Shown here one piece after another: positions 26,884 through 39,240 of a stretch of DNA of 47,224 nucleotides. Position 1 is the stretch's first letter. Each line of letters begins with the position of its first letter. Source of the stretch: Guillardia theta CCMP2712 (taxonomy: Eukaryota; Protista; Cryptophyta); contig NW_005434469.1 of assembly GCF_000315625.1 (NCBI RefSeq), positions 1-47,224 on the forward strand, given 5' to 3'. The translations under genes and the position numbers were made by a program. The notes under the pieces were generated by a model that worked only from the letters and a program-made list of their open reading frames with translations, was not told the DNA's origin and ran no database searches.

Positions 26884-28115
26884 ATGGCGGAGAGCAAGAA
26901 GGAAGAATTCAGGAAGTACCTCGAGAGAGCCGGCGTGATCGATGCACTGACCAAGGTGAGGAGGAGAGAAGAGGAGAGGAGAGGAGAGGAGAGGAGAGGA
27001 GAGGAGAGGAGAGGAGAGGAGAGGAGGGGAGAGGAGGGGAGAGGAGAGGAGAGGAGAGGAGAGGAGAGGAGGGGAGGGGAGGGGAGGGGACGGGAGGATT
27101 GGGAGAGGGCAGGGGAGGGCAGGGAAGAGGAGGGGAGAGAAGTTCGGTTGAGAGCATTGAGAGATGAGGTGTTGGGGCGGGGAGAGGGGCACAGTAAACA
27201 GCAGGAAAAAGCATTATTGACGTAGGAGTAAAGGCGCGGCAGGTAGCATGGGAACAAAGGGAGGAGAGAAGTAGGAGGGTAGAGGGGAGGTAATGGAGGA
27301 AAGAAATCGAAGTAGGAGGATGGGATAGGGAGCTGGTTGATGGAGAGACTGGGATCAAGGTGACAAGAGAATAGAACAGGGAAGGACAGTAGAAGCAACA
27401 ATCAACTTTCAAAGTGTGATTGTAGTGAGAGGGAGAGGTACGACAATCAACTTTCAAAGTGTGGCTGTAGTGAGAGGGAGAGGTACATTCTCACTCTTCC
27501 CTCCCCTTGCTCTTCGCTCTCTCCCTTCCTGTTTGCCTGACACGTCGGGAAGGTCTTGGTTGCTCTTTACGAAGAACCGGAGAAACCAGCGAACGCGTTG
27601 GACTTCATCAAGCAGTATCTCGGAGCTCCAACGAGCGGAGATGTCGAGACGATGAAAGCAGAGAAAGATGAGATGGTGAAGAAGAACGAGGAGCTGACAA
27701 GGCAGCTGGAGGTTTGTTCTGCTTGTTGTGTTTCGTTGTTTGCTTTGTTCCTTGATCTGTCATGTTGTCTTGTGTTTTAGTATTGGATCATCTCTTGTGT
27801 CTACCATAGCAAAGTTGTTGAGATGTCCAGAATTGCATTTTAGAGTTGTTGAAACGTTCAGAATTTCTTTTTCAAAAGTGCTGTAGCTTTTCACTTCAGA
27901 TGCTCTGTTGTTGTCGATCATACATCCGGATTGCTTTCTTTCACGTGCAGTTGTTCTCGAATGATTCAGATGTGTTGTTGTCTTTTTTGTTATTTTTCCG
28001 TTTTCATATTCTCTTTGCTATCTGTCTTCTCCTAACAAACATTCGGCAGGAAGTCACCAATCGCCTTGCCGAGCTGCAGGCAGGAGGAGGAGGAGGGGAA
28101 GGAGAAGGTCAGTGA
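26884..28115 (+). CDS. MYCBP: c-Myc-binding protein homolog (exons 26884-26955, 27553-27711, 28050-28115)
   Basis: MAESKKEEFRKYLERAGVIDALTK|VLVALYEEPEKPANALDFIKQYLG... is the conserved MYCBP/AMY-1 signature; GT-AG introns in frame. Confidence 0.92.
27398..27486. repeat. 45-bp direct repeat (2 copies) in MYCBP intron 1
   Basis: acaatcaactttcaaagtgtg..tgtagtgagagggagaggtac twice. Confidence 0.85.
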
Positions 28116-28387
28116 TGATAGGGAAGAAATGACGAGGGGGAGAGCGACGAGGAGGACGAGAGGGAGGAGAGCGATGGGTGTTGTACTGAGGTTATTCATT
28201 CACCCACAAGCACTTCACGAGCTTGCGATTGTAGAGACGTTTCTTCGATCGCCACTTGTTTGTAGACATCGCATCTTGTTAAACTAATAGATGAAGTTTG
28301 AAACTGCAATGAGCATGATGCAAATTCACGTTTTTAACATCTGTTGTATTCATGTTCGTCGTAAATCCTCCTCATTCATCATTCTCG

Positions 28388-28727
28388 TCACACAAACCAT
28401 TCAAACTCTCTCTTCAACTGTTGACAGGTTTCTTGCTTCTTTGCCTCCTTCTCGTTTTCGATCTTTTCCTCTCCCTTCCCACCAGCAGCGTCCAATGTCC
28501 CTTGTCTTATCACCATCATTCCCTTCCTCCTCTCCACAGGCAAGTAAATCTCCCGTTCCTCCCCGCCTTCCCTCGCTCTGTCCTCCAACCTTCTGCACTT
28601 TCTCTCGAGCTCTTCAACTCTCCTCCTCTCCTCCCTCAACTTCTCATCTCTCTTGGCCGCTGCCTCCACCGCCAGCTCCGCCACTCTTGACAGCCTCGCA
28701 AGCTTCTCTCTGGACGCCTCTCCTCCT

Positions 28728-28766
<39 letters not shown>

Positions 28767-31501
28767 ACCTTGGTTGACGTCTGTTTGACCTCTGGTTGCG
28801 AGGAGGAGGTTGCAAGAATCAGTTCGGCCGAGTACTTGCGCGCGTCCTCCAGGTCCTTCTCGAGGGCGCCCAGCCGCCGTCGGAGCAGCGAGAGCTCCTC
28901 CTCCTTCTCCTTGTTCACCTCTGCCTGAGGAGGGAGCAAGGGGCAGGGGGACAAGGGGGAAGGGGAAGGAGGAGGAGGAGAGCGATGGTGTACAGCAGGG
29001 CTCGGAGCTTCTGATTCTGTCGCCAGCTTCGCTATCTGCTCGTGAAGAACTTTGTTCTCGTACTTGAGGGTAGAAATGACCTGAAGATGAGAGTAAGTAA
29101 TATGTCACAAGGTTTCTCAAGATTGATCAAATTACTCCTCCTGCACCCTCAACCCTCCTCCTCCCCGCCCTCCTCAAACCGTCCCACAACGTCATCCAAC
29201 TCTTTCAAACTGGAAGGGTCATATGATCATCATCGTGATCATCATCTCCAGCATCATCATCGTCATCATGAGCAGCAGCAGCATAAACCCTATTGACATA
29301 ATCACATTTACACCTCATTTTCACAACACAATCATCATCATCGCCATAACTCACATCACCTACATCTACATCATCCTCCACATCTTCCTCGCCCTTACCT
29401 CTTCTCTCCTCGCTGCTGCAAGTGAGTTTGCTTCCAGCACAGCTCGCAGTCTCTTCACTTCCTTCTCCATGCTCCTTATGCCCCCCTCCTTCCGCGCCTG
29501 GCCCCGAGCCTCCTCATCCCCAGCCTCCTCCTTCGCCTGATTCGTCTGCTCGGCTCGCGCTTGCTCTTCCTTCCTCTGCATCTCCTCCATCTCCTTCTTC
29601 AGCTGCTCCAGCTTCTCCTCAAAGTCTTTCTTCTCCTTTCTCCTCGCCCCCAGCTCTTCCTTCGCCTCCTCCAGCTCTTCCTTCGCCTCCTTCAGCTCCT
29701 CCTCCTTGGATTTCAGCTCCTCCTTCACAGACTTCAGCTCCTCCTGCATTGTCTCTAGTTCCTCCATAGACTTTTTCAGCTCCTCCTCCGACTTTCGCTC
29801 CTGCTGCCTCTCCATCTCCATCGCCTCCAAGGTGGCCCCCAGCTCCTTCAGCTGCTCCTCTCTCCCGAGTAGCTCAGCTCTGACCTGCTCATGTTCTTGT
29901 TCTTCTCTCGCCCTCTTATCCTCCTCCTCCTCCTTCTCCCTCCTCAGCGCGTTCAGCTCCTCATGCTTCCTCCACAGCTTCTCTGCCTCCTGGTCCTTCT
30001 CTCTCCTGAGCACGGCGATCTCCTCCTCTTTCCTCCTCAATGCGTTCATCAGTTCATCCTTCTCCCTTCTCCATTGTTCGACGACCTGCTCCTTTTCTCT
30101 CTTCAGGCCCTCCTGCACTTCGTGCTGACGTGTCAGGTCCGCGAGCTCCTGCTCCTTCTCTCTCCTCAACTTCTCCACCACCTGCTCTCTCTCCCTCTTC
30201 AGCTCCTCCACCACCTGCTCTCTCTCCCTCTTCAGCTCCTCCACCTCTTCCTCCCTCTCCCTCTTCAGCTCCTCCACCTCTTCCTCCCTCTCCCTCTTCA
30301 GCTCCTCCACCTCTTCCTCCCTCTCCCTCTTCAGCTCCTCCACCTCTTCCTCCTTCTCCCTCTTCAGTCTGCCTACCTCCTCCTCCTTCTCCCTCCTCAC
30401 ATTCTTCATCTCCTCCTCCCTCTTGCTCAGCCTCTCCCTCTCCTCCTTCAACGCTTGTTTCAACCCGCTGATCTCCTCCTCGCTCCTCGCCAACTTCTTC
30501 GTCGCCTCCTCTAGCTCGGCTCCAGCTCTCTCCATCTTCTCAGCTGTCTCCTGATATCGCCCGTTACACTCCGCCAGCAGGGTTTTGTACTTTTCCACCG
30601 CTTCACAAACAATGTCAAAGTCCTCCTTCGACCTCTTCCCAAGGTCCTCAGGCGCGGCCCCGAGGCCCTGCTTGATGTCAGCGATGGCTCTGGAGCTCTG
30701 GGAGAGCAGGTGCTGCATCTGATAGATCTCTTGACTGATCTCGTCATAGTTGCAGCTCGTCTCCTCATCTTCTTTTACCTTCCCATTCACATCCCCTACT
30801 GAATTCTCCACCAGGCACACGAATTCTCCGTCAGGGTTCTTGGTCAGGCTGTTCACTACCGAGGACCTCCGGCACTCCTTCTTCTCAGCACTCCTCCTCG
30901 CCTTCGACCTCGCTGAGCTAGGCGGGAGGTTGCTCAGGTTGCCCAAGGCCTTCCTCTCCTTTACCTCCTTGTCTGCTAACCCTCGCTCGCCCTCCCGAGG
31001 ACGTGGGGGGATCGTGGAGCACGGGCTCTGCTCGAGCCGAGGAGAAGACAGAGCGTCCTGTCTTTGTTGCTGTCCAACGTGATCTCGTCTGCACACAACC
31101 ACGACCTTGGTTGCTTTGTCACCAGAGCCAACCATGTTCGTTGGGCTCTTCACAGGGCCACTTTCCGCCCTCCTGACTCTCTCCATGCTCCTCCTCTTCT
31201 CCATGCGCGGGAGAGGAAGGGCGTCATCCTTCTCAACTACCACCTCCTCCATCGACCCGTCGTCTTTCTTCACCATCATGACAAGCTTGCCATGCTGCCC
31301 AAACTCACTCAGTACCGCCCCGAGTTCATCGAGCGTCCTTGTTCTCCTTCCTTCCACCTCAACGATGAGGTCTCCTTCCTTCAGCCCGGCTCTTCTTCCT
31401 GGTCCCTCCTCCAGCAGCCCCTCAACCCTCACCATCCCCGTCCTCGTCCCCCGCATCAGTGCGCCAAGCCCGAACCGCTCCCCTGCCATCTTACCCGCCA
31501 T
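28388..31501 (-). CDS. PDZ-domain protein with long Glu/Lys/Arg-rich coiled coil (multi-exon)
   Basis: FGLGALMRG...VRVEGLLEEGPGRRAGLKEGDLIVEVEGR PDZ pattern; coiled coil with 11-residue EEEVEELKRER repeats; further coiled-coil exons down to the stop at 28388. First ATG at 31501. Confidence 0.8.
30160..30400 (-). repeat. 33-bp coding tandem repeat (hendecad coiled coil)
   Basis: ctccctcttcagctcctccacctcttcctccct-type unit repeated about 6-7 times. Confidence 0.85.
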
Positions 31502-31684
31502 TTCAAACCGGGGGATGATAGGGGATGAGGGCTCACAGATCGAGTCATCGGATTGCGGCGCCGGCGCCGCCGCCCGGGGGGCCGGGCCGGGCCCGGATCT
31601 GGCGATCGGACCGTCGGACCGGACCGTGGGCCCTGAGGCCCGGGGGCCCGGATGCTCCACTGAGCGGCGGCCGCGTCACCGTGG

Positions 31685-31712
31685 CAAAGTTAAGTTAAAA
31701 ATCAGTACGAGG
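31685..31712 (-). promoter_or_regulatory. 28-bp conserved upstream motif, second exact copy
   Basis: caaagttaagttaaaaatcagtacgagg is the reverse complement of 19071-19098; ~185 bp upstream of the ATG at 31501. Confidence 0.5.
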
Positions 31713-32601
31713 ACCGTTGAATCAGAAGAGTCGAGGCCGCCTCTCGGAGGGCCGGGCCCCGGCCGGTGACTCTGACTCGGCGGAGTCGACTCTCAGTCAG
31801 GCTCGGTGAACGGGCCGGGGCCCCGGGCCATTGTCCGAAACCGTGCCACTGAGGCCAAACGGCGAGGCTGAAGAGACTGAAAAAAGATAGCGAGAACCAA
31901 TTTGACCCCATCCTGCCTACTGCTGCCCCCGCCAAACTCAGGGCCGCCGGCCGTACTGAACTGAACGCCGGTCGGACGCCGGGGCTAGACAACTAGCATT
32001 TTTTTAACTTAACTTTGACCGTACGGTACTCATAGCGTTGCCTTTCTCAATGCAGTGAAATCGGAAAGGCCCCAGTGACTGAGTACGGTATACGGCGTTC
32101 CGAAGGTTCCTGTGCCGAAGTTGAAGTCCGTCCGTCTCGGACGGGCCCGGCCGGGCCGCGTGACGCAGTTTCGGAGTCACTGTTCCGAACTATAGTACTA
32201 TCTTAGCGGCAGCTCCACGGCTCCGAAAAGGGTCCCGACCGGCGGAGTCTGAGTCTGAGTCATCGGACCGTCCGGACGGGTGTCATGGAATGTGCGCATG
32301 ATGTTTTCAAGGTCATTAGGGGGTGGGGGTCCTATGAATCATCACTAATTTTTAACTTAGCATTGAGTCACGGTCAGTTTTTAGGGGGTAGGGGTGGTGA
32401 CGTTTCCACTGATGTTCTTTTTTGTCCTCGAATAACAACTGACCACCCCCCAGGCACACTACCCGATTGAAGGGTCGGTGTTTCCATTGAGCCACCCCAC
32501 TTTTTTCAGAGAAAAGGAGGGGTTCAAAAGGCAACTTTTCCTCACTTTGCAAACTAAAAGGTGGTAGGGGTAGTCTGCCTCTTCGTCTCCGCCGCCTCGC
32601 C

Positions 32602-32985
32602 ATGCCGCTGATCCACACCATCATCATCCCCCACCACCACATGCTTGCCGGCGGCCACCCGCCAGGAGAACCCACCTTCGACGCTGCTGGCTACAACAGC
32701 GGCTCCGGCATCTACCAGTGGAAGAGTGGGGCTCTCGGTCCAGGATGGACAGGTCAAGAGACTCGGATGGTTTGCAAGGATGCTGATAGGTGGCTCCGTC
32801 AGCAAGGCTGGACCAAGCCAGGAGAGCTCTCAGAGTGGGACCCCGGCTGCAGAGGATACGATACCTCCTACAACGAGTGGTACAACCTGGACGACAGCCC
32901 CTCCCCCTTCAAGTCCATCTCCAAGCCTGTGGATCCTGGCTCTGTCGACACCTGGCTCTCCAACGTCGGCGGAGGCATCTATTGA
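32602..32985 (+). CDS. Intronless 127-aa Gly/Trp/Tyr-rich protein of unknown function (paralog B)
   Basis: Colinear with paralog A; identical first 40 aa and last 9 aa, two conserved Cys; shared ~22-nt upstream sequence ctcttcgtctccgccgcctcgcc. Confidence 0.85.
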   Translation: MPLIHTIIIPHHHMLAGGHPPGEPTFDAAGYNSGSGIYQWKSGALGPGWTGQETRMVCKDADRWLRQQGWTKPGELSEWDPGCRGYDTSYNEWYNLDDSPSPFKSISKPVDPGSVDTWLSNVGGGIY

Positions 32986-33184
32986 TGCGCAATGTGAGTC
33001 CAACAGATCAGTTGATGTGCTCGTGTGGAGCTGAACGTTTCTCTCATCGAGACAGTCTGCTGGGAGGACCTGCATGAGGACAGCGCATGTCAACATCATG
33101 TATCTCGGTACTAATGCATCCTGTCTGCACGGTAGTCGCACGAAGTTGCTTCAATAAGATGCTGCTCTTCCAACAAATGCCTCC

Positions 33185-33855
33185 TGTGGCGTGCGAGCTC
33201 CCATCGCTCTCGTCCCTCGCACGCTGATGTCACACCCCGAAGCTTTACGGGTTTGCAGACGTCCACAGCGATTGCTGGCAAGGCACCTCCGCTGGACGAA
33301 CATAAAGGTGAAGTGTAGTGATGTCGAGTCTACTAGCGATGCCAGATCAGCGTGGCATACAACGAGGAGAGAACAGACCCTTCTAGCTGAAGAGGCTGAT
33401 CCTCATATAGGCTAAGGCAAGGACTAGGGTAGTGCTCCCTGAGGCAAGGACTAGGGGTAGTGCTCCCTAAGGCATGGACTAGGGGTATTGCTCCTTGCTG
33501 CACGAGCTCACTCGCCTCGTGCGAGCTCTCGCTTCTCGCAAGCTTCTGCTCCACTTCTTATCAGGAACGAGGTAACCACCCGTACTAGAGAGGCTCTCTC
33601 GGCCACCAGGGGTCATGCTCTAGAGCAACTCTATCGGTTATATGCTTCCAGTCCTTTGAGAGTCTCTCGCCTGACTTGGTTGACGATCAAGGGTGAGCCT
33701 AGCCTCGAGTGCTGTCCCTTACCTTGGCTAGGTCCAGTCTGAGGTGAACTCGCTGTGCTAGGGATAGGCAGCAATGGAAGTACGAGTCCGAGTCTTTGGG
33801 CATGACAATATAGTGCACCTGAAACTTGTCGACGATAGTACGATAGTACGCCACA
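33185..33855. mobile_element. Solo-LTR-like element (candidate)
   Basis: Starts TGTGGCGT and ends ACGCCACA (8-bp terminal inverted repeat, TG...CA), 671 bp, no convincing ORF, internal 27-bp tandem repeats. No clean target-site duplication. Confidence 0.4.
33415..33495. repeat. ~27-28-bp tandem repeat, 3 copies
   Basis: aggcaaggactaggg(g)tagtgctccct repeated. Confidence 0.85.
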
Positions 33856-34446
33856 AGCCTTCATCCCTTCAAAGCGTGTAAAGAGTCGAATGGGTCAAAC
33901 TTTTTCATGCTTGCGTCATCTGAGAAGACAACAAACTTCCGGTTGTCAAACATGCTATTAGTGTGCGCAAGGTGTATCAGAACAGGCTTGCCTCAGACAA
34001 TACTAATACTATATAGAGAAGGCAGTGAAACCTTCTATTGGCGCACCCCAACCATACGAGCTGGATGGCAAATCCGTATGAAATCAAAAAGTCAGTTATG
34101 TGTGGAATTTTCAAATAAGTTCTTATAATTTCAATATATGTAACCAAATTTCAAGACAAACTTTCACTCCAAGACGAAACTGTGCTCGATGAAGGTCGGC
34201 AAATGGTTGCGATGATGTGATGGCTAAGGGTAGGACAAGGACGAAGCAAGAGAAGCAAGAAGACTAGTAGAAGAAGTTTCGAGGAGAAGACAAGACAACA
34301 AACATGCACTGACTGATAAGGGAGAAAGAAGCATAGAAGGAGGAAGACGTGGTGGAGGAGGAAACTGCTGTGAACTTTGGGGGAGCTACGGCAAAGAAAA
34401 CCGCATGAAAATGTTGAGTCAGTCCAAGCTGTAAGAGCAGCAAATA

Positions 34447-36308
34447 ATGGCAATTATGATTCGACTCCAATCCCACGCTACCGTCATCTTGTTGATGATC
34501 GTCAGCTGCTCGGCCATCCCGTTGGCCCAGCACGACCATCGATTGGACCTGATTCCGATCAACATATCGGTGCCTCCGGTTGTTCTTGTTCCTGTAAGTC
34601 TTCACATGTTGCACTGTTTCACTTCCTTTCTTGTTCTGATGACTGAGAGTTTGTTTGGACTGATGAGTGTAAATAGCCTTGTGAATCGTTTCTTTTCCTC
34701 TGTCTATGGTTCAACCCTGCTTCTGCTGCTCCTGACATGCTAGCAGGGCATTGGAGGCTCCATAATGTCTGACGTCTCATCGGGCGTGAGGGTATGGATC
34801 CGCCTGTACGAAGCAGACACGTACTTCGAGCGGTTCATGTGGGGCAAGTTCAACGCGAGCAGCATGAAGTTGGAGCCTTTCCCTGGACAGCCTCTTGTGG
34901 CTCCTGTCCTGTCAGGCTACGGGCTTGATGGGATCAGAAACTTAGACCCAAGCGTGCGATGGCCCATCTACGATTACGTGGCCTACTTTGATGCCATGAT
35001 TCAAGAGCTCGAGTCGCAGGGCTGGATCCACGGTATCTCCCTCTTCGGCGTTCCATGGGACTGGCGCCAGAGCATGTGCTGGACTCCGACGTTGGACCGT
35101 CTTGAGGACGCGCTAAGAGCTGCTAGGGAGCGAAACAATGGCAGGAAAGTTGCTCTGGTATCCCACAGCATGGGCGCCCTCGTGGTGAAATGCTTCATGG
35201 CACGACGGCCAGAGTTTTTCCAGGAAGCTGTGGAAACTTGGATCTCAATCGCCGCGCCCCACCAGGGAGCGAGCGCGAAGATCTTCATGGAGTTCCTGCA
35301 AGGGTGAGACGAAGGGATCATGGTTGTTGGTCACGGCCTCTGAGATCTTCGTCAGGTATAACTTGGGAAACATCGTCATCGGGGCGGAGGCTGCCAAGGT
35401 TTTATCAAGCTTGGAAGACGACCATGTGACTGGGGCTGCTTTCTAGGTTCTGTCACTGGAGGCGCCAGCAGTCTACGAGCTTCTCCCACAAGAAAACTTT
35501 GAATGGCAGGAGCAGCCATACATTGCCCTCCAGTGGAAGAATGGAACGAGACAGGTGAGTTTTTCCCTGTCATGATAACTCTGATCGTGATATAGGTTTA
35601 CGGCGAGACTGGTGGAACGACAGGGTGATTGTCGAGATGAAAAATTCTCTTGTCATTCCTTGATCCATGGACATAGGTACGACATCCCCATCAGAAACTC
35701 CTTGGTGGACCACAAGATGACGCTGCCCTGGTCGGGGGAAACGCTGCCTGAGCCCTTTAACGAAGACTGCTGGGAGTTGAGTCAGGGCACGAGGAGGGAG
35801 ATCTTCGAGGTTGAACATCCTCCTAACTTGAGGTTCTACAACATCTATGGAACAAACCAGGTCTCCTTTCTTTGATCCCCGGCCCCTCCAAATCCAAAAT
35901 TCTTTCCTCCCTCCCTCGCTTCCTTTGGATTGTCCTGGCTTAATTTCTTTTTCTTTCCGATTCTCACCTGGCACACAGGCCACACCGAATGGCCTGGAGT
36001 TCACAGGTGACTGAGCATGTACGTGACAAAACAATGAGCTGATGAGCAAGTTGTTGTTGTAGATGTCGGAGACTGGAGAGATCTCTCCAACCTCAAGTAC
36101 TCGACCACCTTGACAGATGGAGATGGTAAACCATCCATGAGCTTGTTCCGCATGCTTACTCTGTGCAGGAACTGTCTCTGTTGAGAGTGCGAGCAACCAT
36201 GGTCTCAATGCTTCCAAGACTCTTGGCGTGAACGCTGACCACATGAGCATCCTGATGAAGTCGGACACTCTGGACTTTGTCCTGCAAGCTCTGTATGGAA
36301 GGATATAG
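34447..36308 (+). CDS. Lecithin:cholesterol acyltransferase / phospholipase A2 group XV-like secreted lipase (multi-exon)
   Basis: Signal peptide; PPVVLVP|GIGGS; GVPWDWRQ; nucleophile elbow VALVSHSMG; FYNIYG; DGDGTVSVES; ADHMSIL gives a Ser-Asp-His triad of the LCAT family. Stop TAG at 36306-36308. Confidence 0.9.
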
Positions 36309-36541
36309 AGGCGTCCACGGAGAAAGCTTTTTTCTTCGTTGCTCCTGATTGTTCTGCTTTTACATGTCTATACCAAGTCAACGACACGATCTATTCATGA
36401 CTCAGAAGATCAAAATCCAGCTTTTACTAGCATTACTCTACTCTAACAAAACATTACAGCCAACACACCAAGCACACGAGAGATGAGGGAAGGGAGTACA
36501 AGTCTGAACAAAATCCATCTCTCGCAAAAGTATTTATGCAT

Positions 36542-37200
36542 CTATTTGTTTGCTGTCGTTGCTTCCTGTGTGGAGATCATTGACGAGCAAGAGATTGATC
36601 TTTGCAGCGGATCCTTCTTGCCCTGCTTACTTCCCTGCTGCTCGTCGCTCTCGCCTATGGATGCCTGCAGGTCTCGGTCCACTGTCGTGGTGACCATGGG
36701 GACTTCGTTGGCGCCAAAAAACCGGCACCAGTTGATGTAGTCGAGAAGGTCGAACGACGGTCGCTCCAAGGTCGTGATGAGATCGACAGATTCATCTTCA
36801 GACGGCTCTGCATCCCACTTCCCTCCTCTTGATAACGAGAGCTGTAGATCAAGTCATTGAATGGATTTCTCATTCGGGCAAAGAGTTACCTCCAGCATTT
36901 CGCTGTCCCAGGTGATCACTGGTGTTGTTTCCTTTCCTTCTTTACTTGGGCTTTCCTGCAAACTTGTACCCCCTGCCTTGACGAGACCTTGGTCTTTCCT
37001 TCTCACTCACTCTCTCACTCACGAGCTAGCTGGCTGTATCAGCTTCTCTGTTCAGTTGTTCTCCTCTCAATATATCCTCTTCCTCCTCCTCTCTTCGCTC
37101 TTCTCGTCCTGGCCTGTCTTCAGGTCGTGTACTCCCGTACCCCTGCTCTTGAGAACTTCCCGCTTTTGCTGTGACTGCAAGTTTTCGAGGGCCCTATTTC
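36542..37200 (-). CDS. Possible hypothetical protein (frame and exons unresolved)
   Basis: Coding-like composition on the minus strand with splice-like sites; no recognised motif. Confidence 0.3.
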
Positions 37201-37821
37201 TTGACTACCAGTCAACAATTGTGTTCAAATTTGAATGAGACATTTGAAAAGTTGATATTACATTTTAGAATATTTGCCACAAATGTTATCAATTAAATGA
37301 ATATGTGAAAATTGGAAGCAGCGCGATTTTCCTCAAATTATGTGAGCGGGTGTGATTTCATAGCGACTCATCTAAAAATGTTTTAGAATATCGTTTTAAA
37401 AAGAAACTAGAAATATTATGGTACAATTATATACTAATAAAACATTATAAATATATTTCAACATCTGTTTTTAGGAAATAGGTAGGGAGAAATGAGTGGC
37501 CGCAGCGATCAACTGGCTGGATAAAACTAATAAAACTAGTTTTGTGTCCTTTAGACTGTACCGGGAAAGGGAACAAATATATTTTACTTTGTAGATTTAT
37601 ATAAACACGTACAGCTATATGTTTCAGGTCCGCCTCAATTGTCCATACCCCTGACCCCACCCCACTAAAATTCTACCATATGGACTTCTCGACTACCCCC
37701 AATTTTATATACCCACCCCCTAATATTGGCTCTTTTTATATCAAAAGTACCCCTTACAAAGGTACTACCTTTCCACTATCACCCCGTGGATCGAATAGCA
37801 CCCCCAGAAAGCTCGCACCCG

Positions 37822-38851
37822 ATGCCGGGTGCGAACGCGATGGCTCCTGAGGGACCAGATGGAGGGGCAGTGGACAGTACCATGAACATGCTGCGATGAT
37901 CATTGTCTTTGGTATCATCGATCCTCCGTGATTTCAGCATCGCTGCAAAAATTCTCTCTCCTTGCTGAGCTGTGTGAGGAGAACAGAGGGTACCTGAATC
38001 AAGAAACGATGAATTTGGATGTCATTGGAAACTTCACAGCCGAGGGCTCGGCGGTGTATCAGGTCAGCTATCCTCAATCCATGGCAAGTTCTATTGTCCA
38101 GAGCTCAAACTGCGAAGGAGACGAAGAGATGCTGGTCGATGAGCCAGCTGCGCAATATGTGGCTGAGGGCGGCAACCCGAGCTGTGGCTCGCATCGCATC
38201 GAGGAGGCAGAATCTGGGACAGCGACGCCTGACACGAACCCACGTACGAACACCATGGCTGATACATGTGCTCCTGTCAAGAGAGATGATCAGTTTCCTC
38301 CGTCAAGAAGTTGGACCCCAATGGCTAGCGAAAGTGATTTGTCTCTGTACCTCACAGCCAGTGTTAGCAGCAGGATGTCACTCGTGGAAGAACATGAAGG
38401 TGCACTCCAGTCTGATCATGGACGAAACATGGCAACTCTGCAAAAATGGGAGGATTTGCTCAAGTCTCGGCCGAAGGATCCTATGGTAGATATTTCTTGT
38501 TTTGTACTTTCTGTTGGGCCTTGGTTGCCTCAGGCTGATCTGTGGAGAATATCTCACGTTTTTCTCTTTCTTTTCGTCATTGCCGTAGAGATTGCAACCT
38601 GACAACTTCCCTTGGTGGTGTGATGACTCATGCTTGGTGGTTGACAGGCGTTCTACTGGAGGGAGATGATAGCCTGGTGTCGGGCGCGGGCCGGACGACC
38701 TTGCGTTGACGATGACGAGCCAGCAGGGGCGAAACGAGTAGCAAACGTGAGCAACGAGTATGATGAGAGTGTAGATATGCTGGACAGGCTGGTCAAGAGA
38801 TGTCGATGTAACGATGATGTCTCTTGTTTCCAAGCTGCTGAGCCGCACTGA
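37822..38851 (+). CDS. Hypothetical protein (multi-exon)
   Basis: Long open segment 37948-38485 flanked by AG/GT sites and a terminal exon ending FQAAEPH-stop at 38851; no recognised domain. Confidence 0.5.
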
Positions 38852-39240
38852 TTTCTGGCAGTCACGCGGCCGCCATCAGATGTCACAAAGTTTTATTCTT
38901 TTGATGTATGTAAAAACAGTCGTGAAGACGGCACTGCCGCATCTCGTTTTCCTGCACATCCCAGCCCGGGCTACTCTTTCCGAGTTCTTGTCCCTAAAGT
39001 CAACCGTCAGTCAAAGTGTTCCGGGCCCGGGCCGGGCCGCTTCAAAAGTTCCGGAGTCCGGGCCATTATTACTGAGACAGGATCGGACATCGTGGCCCTC
39101 ATACAGCCTTCAATTCATCACCCCACCAATCTCCCACCCGTGCACCTACCCAGCTCTAATTAGACCTCCACCCCTTCTTCCTACCACGATCAGTACCCAC
39201 CCTCCTACTAGCAGGGGGCAACTAGCCAGTTGAGCACGAT

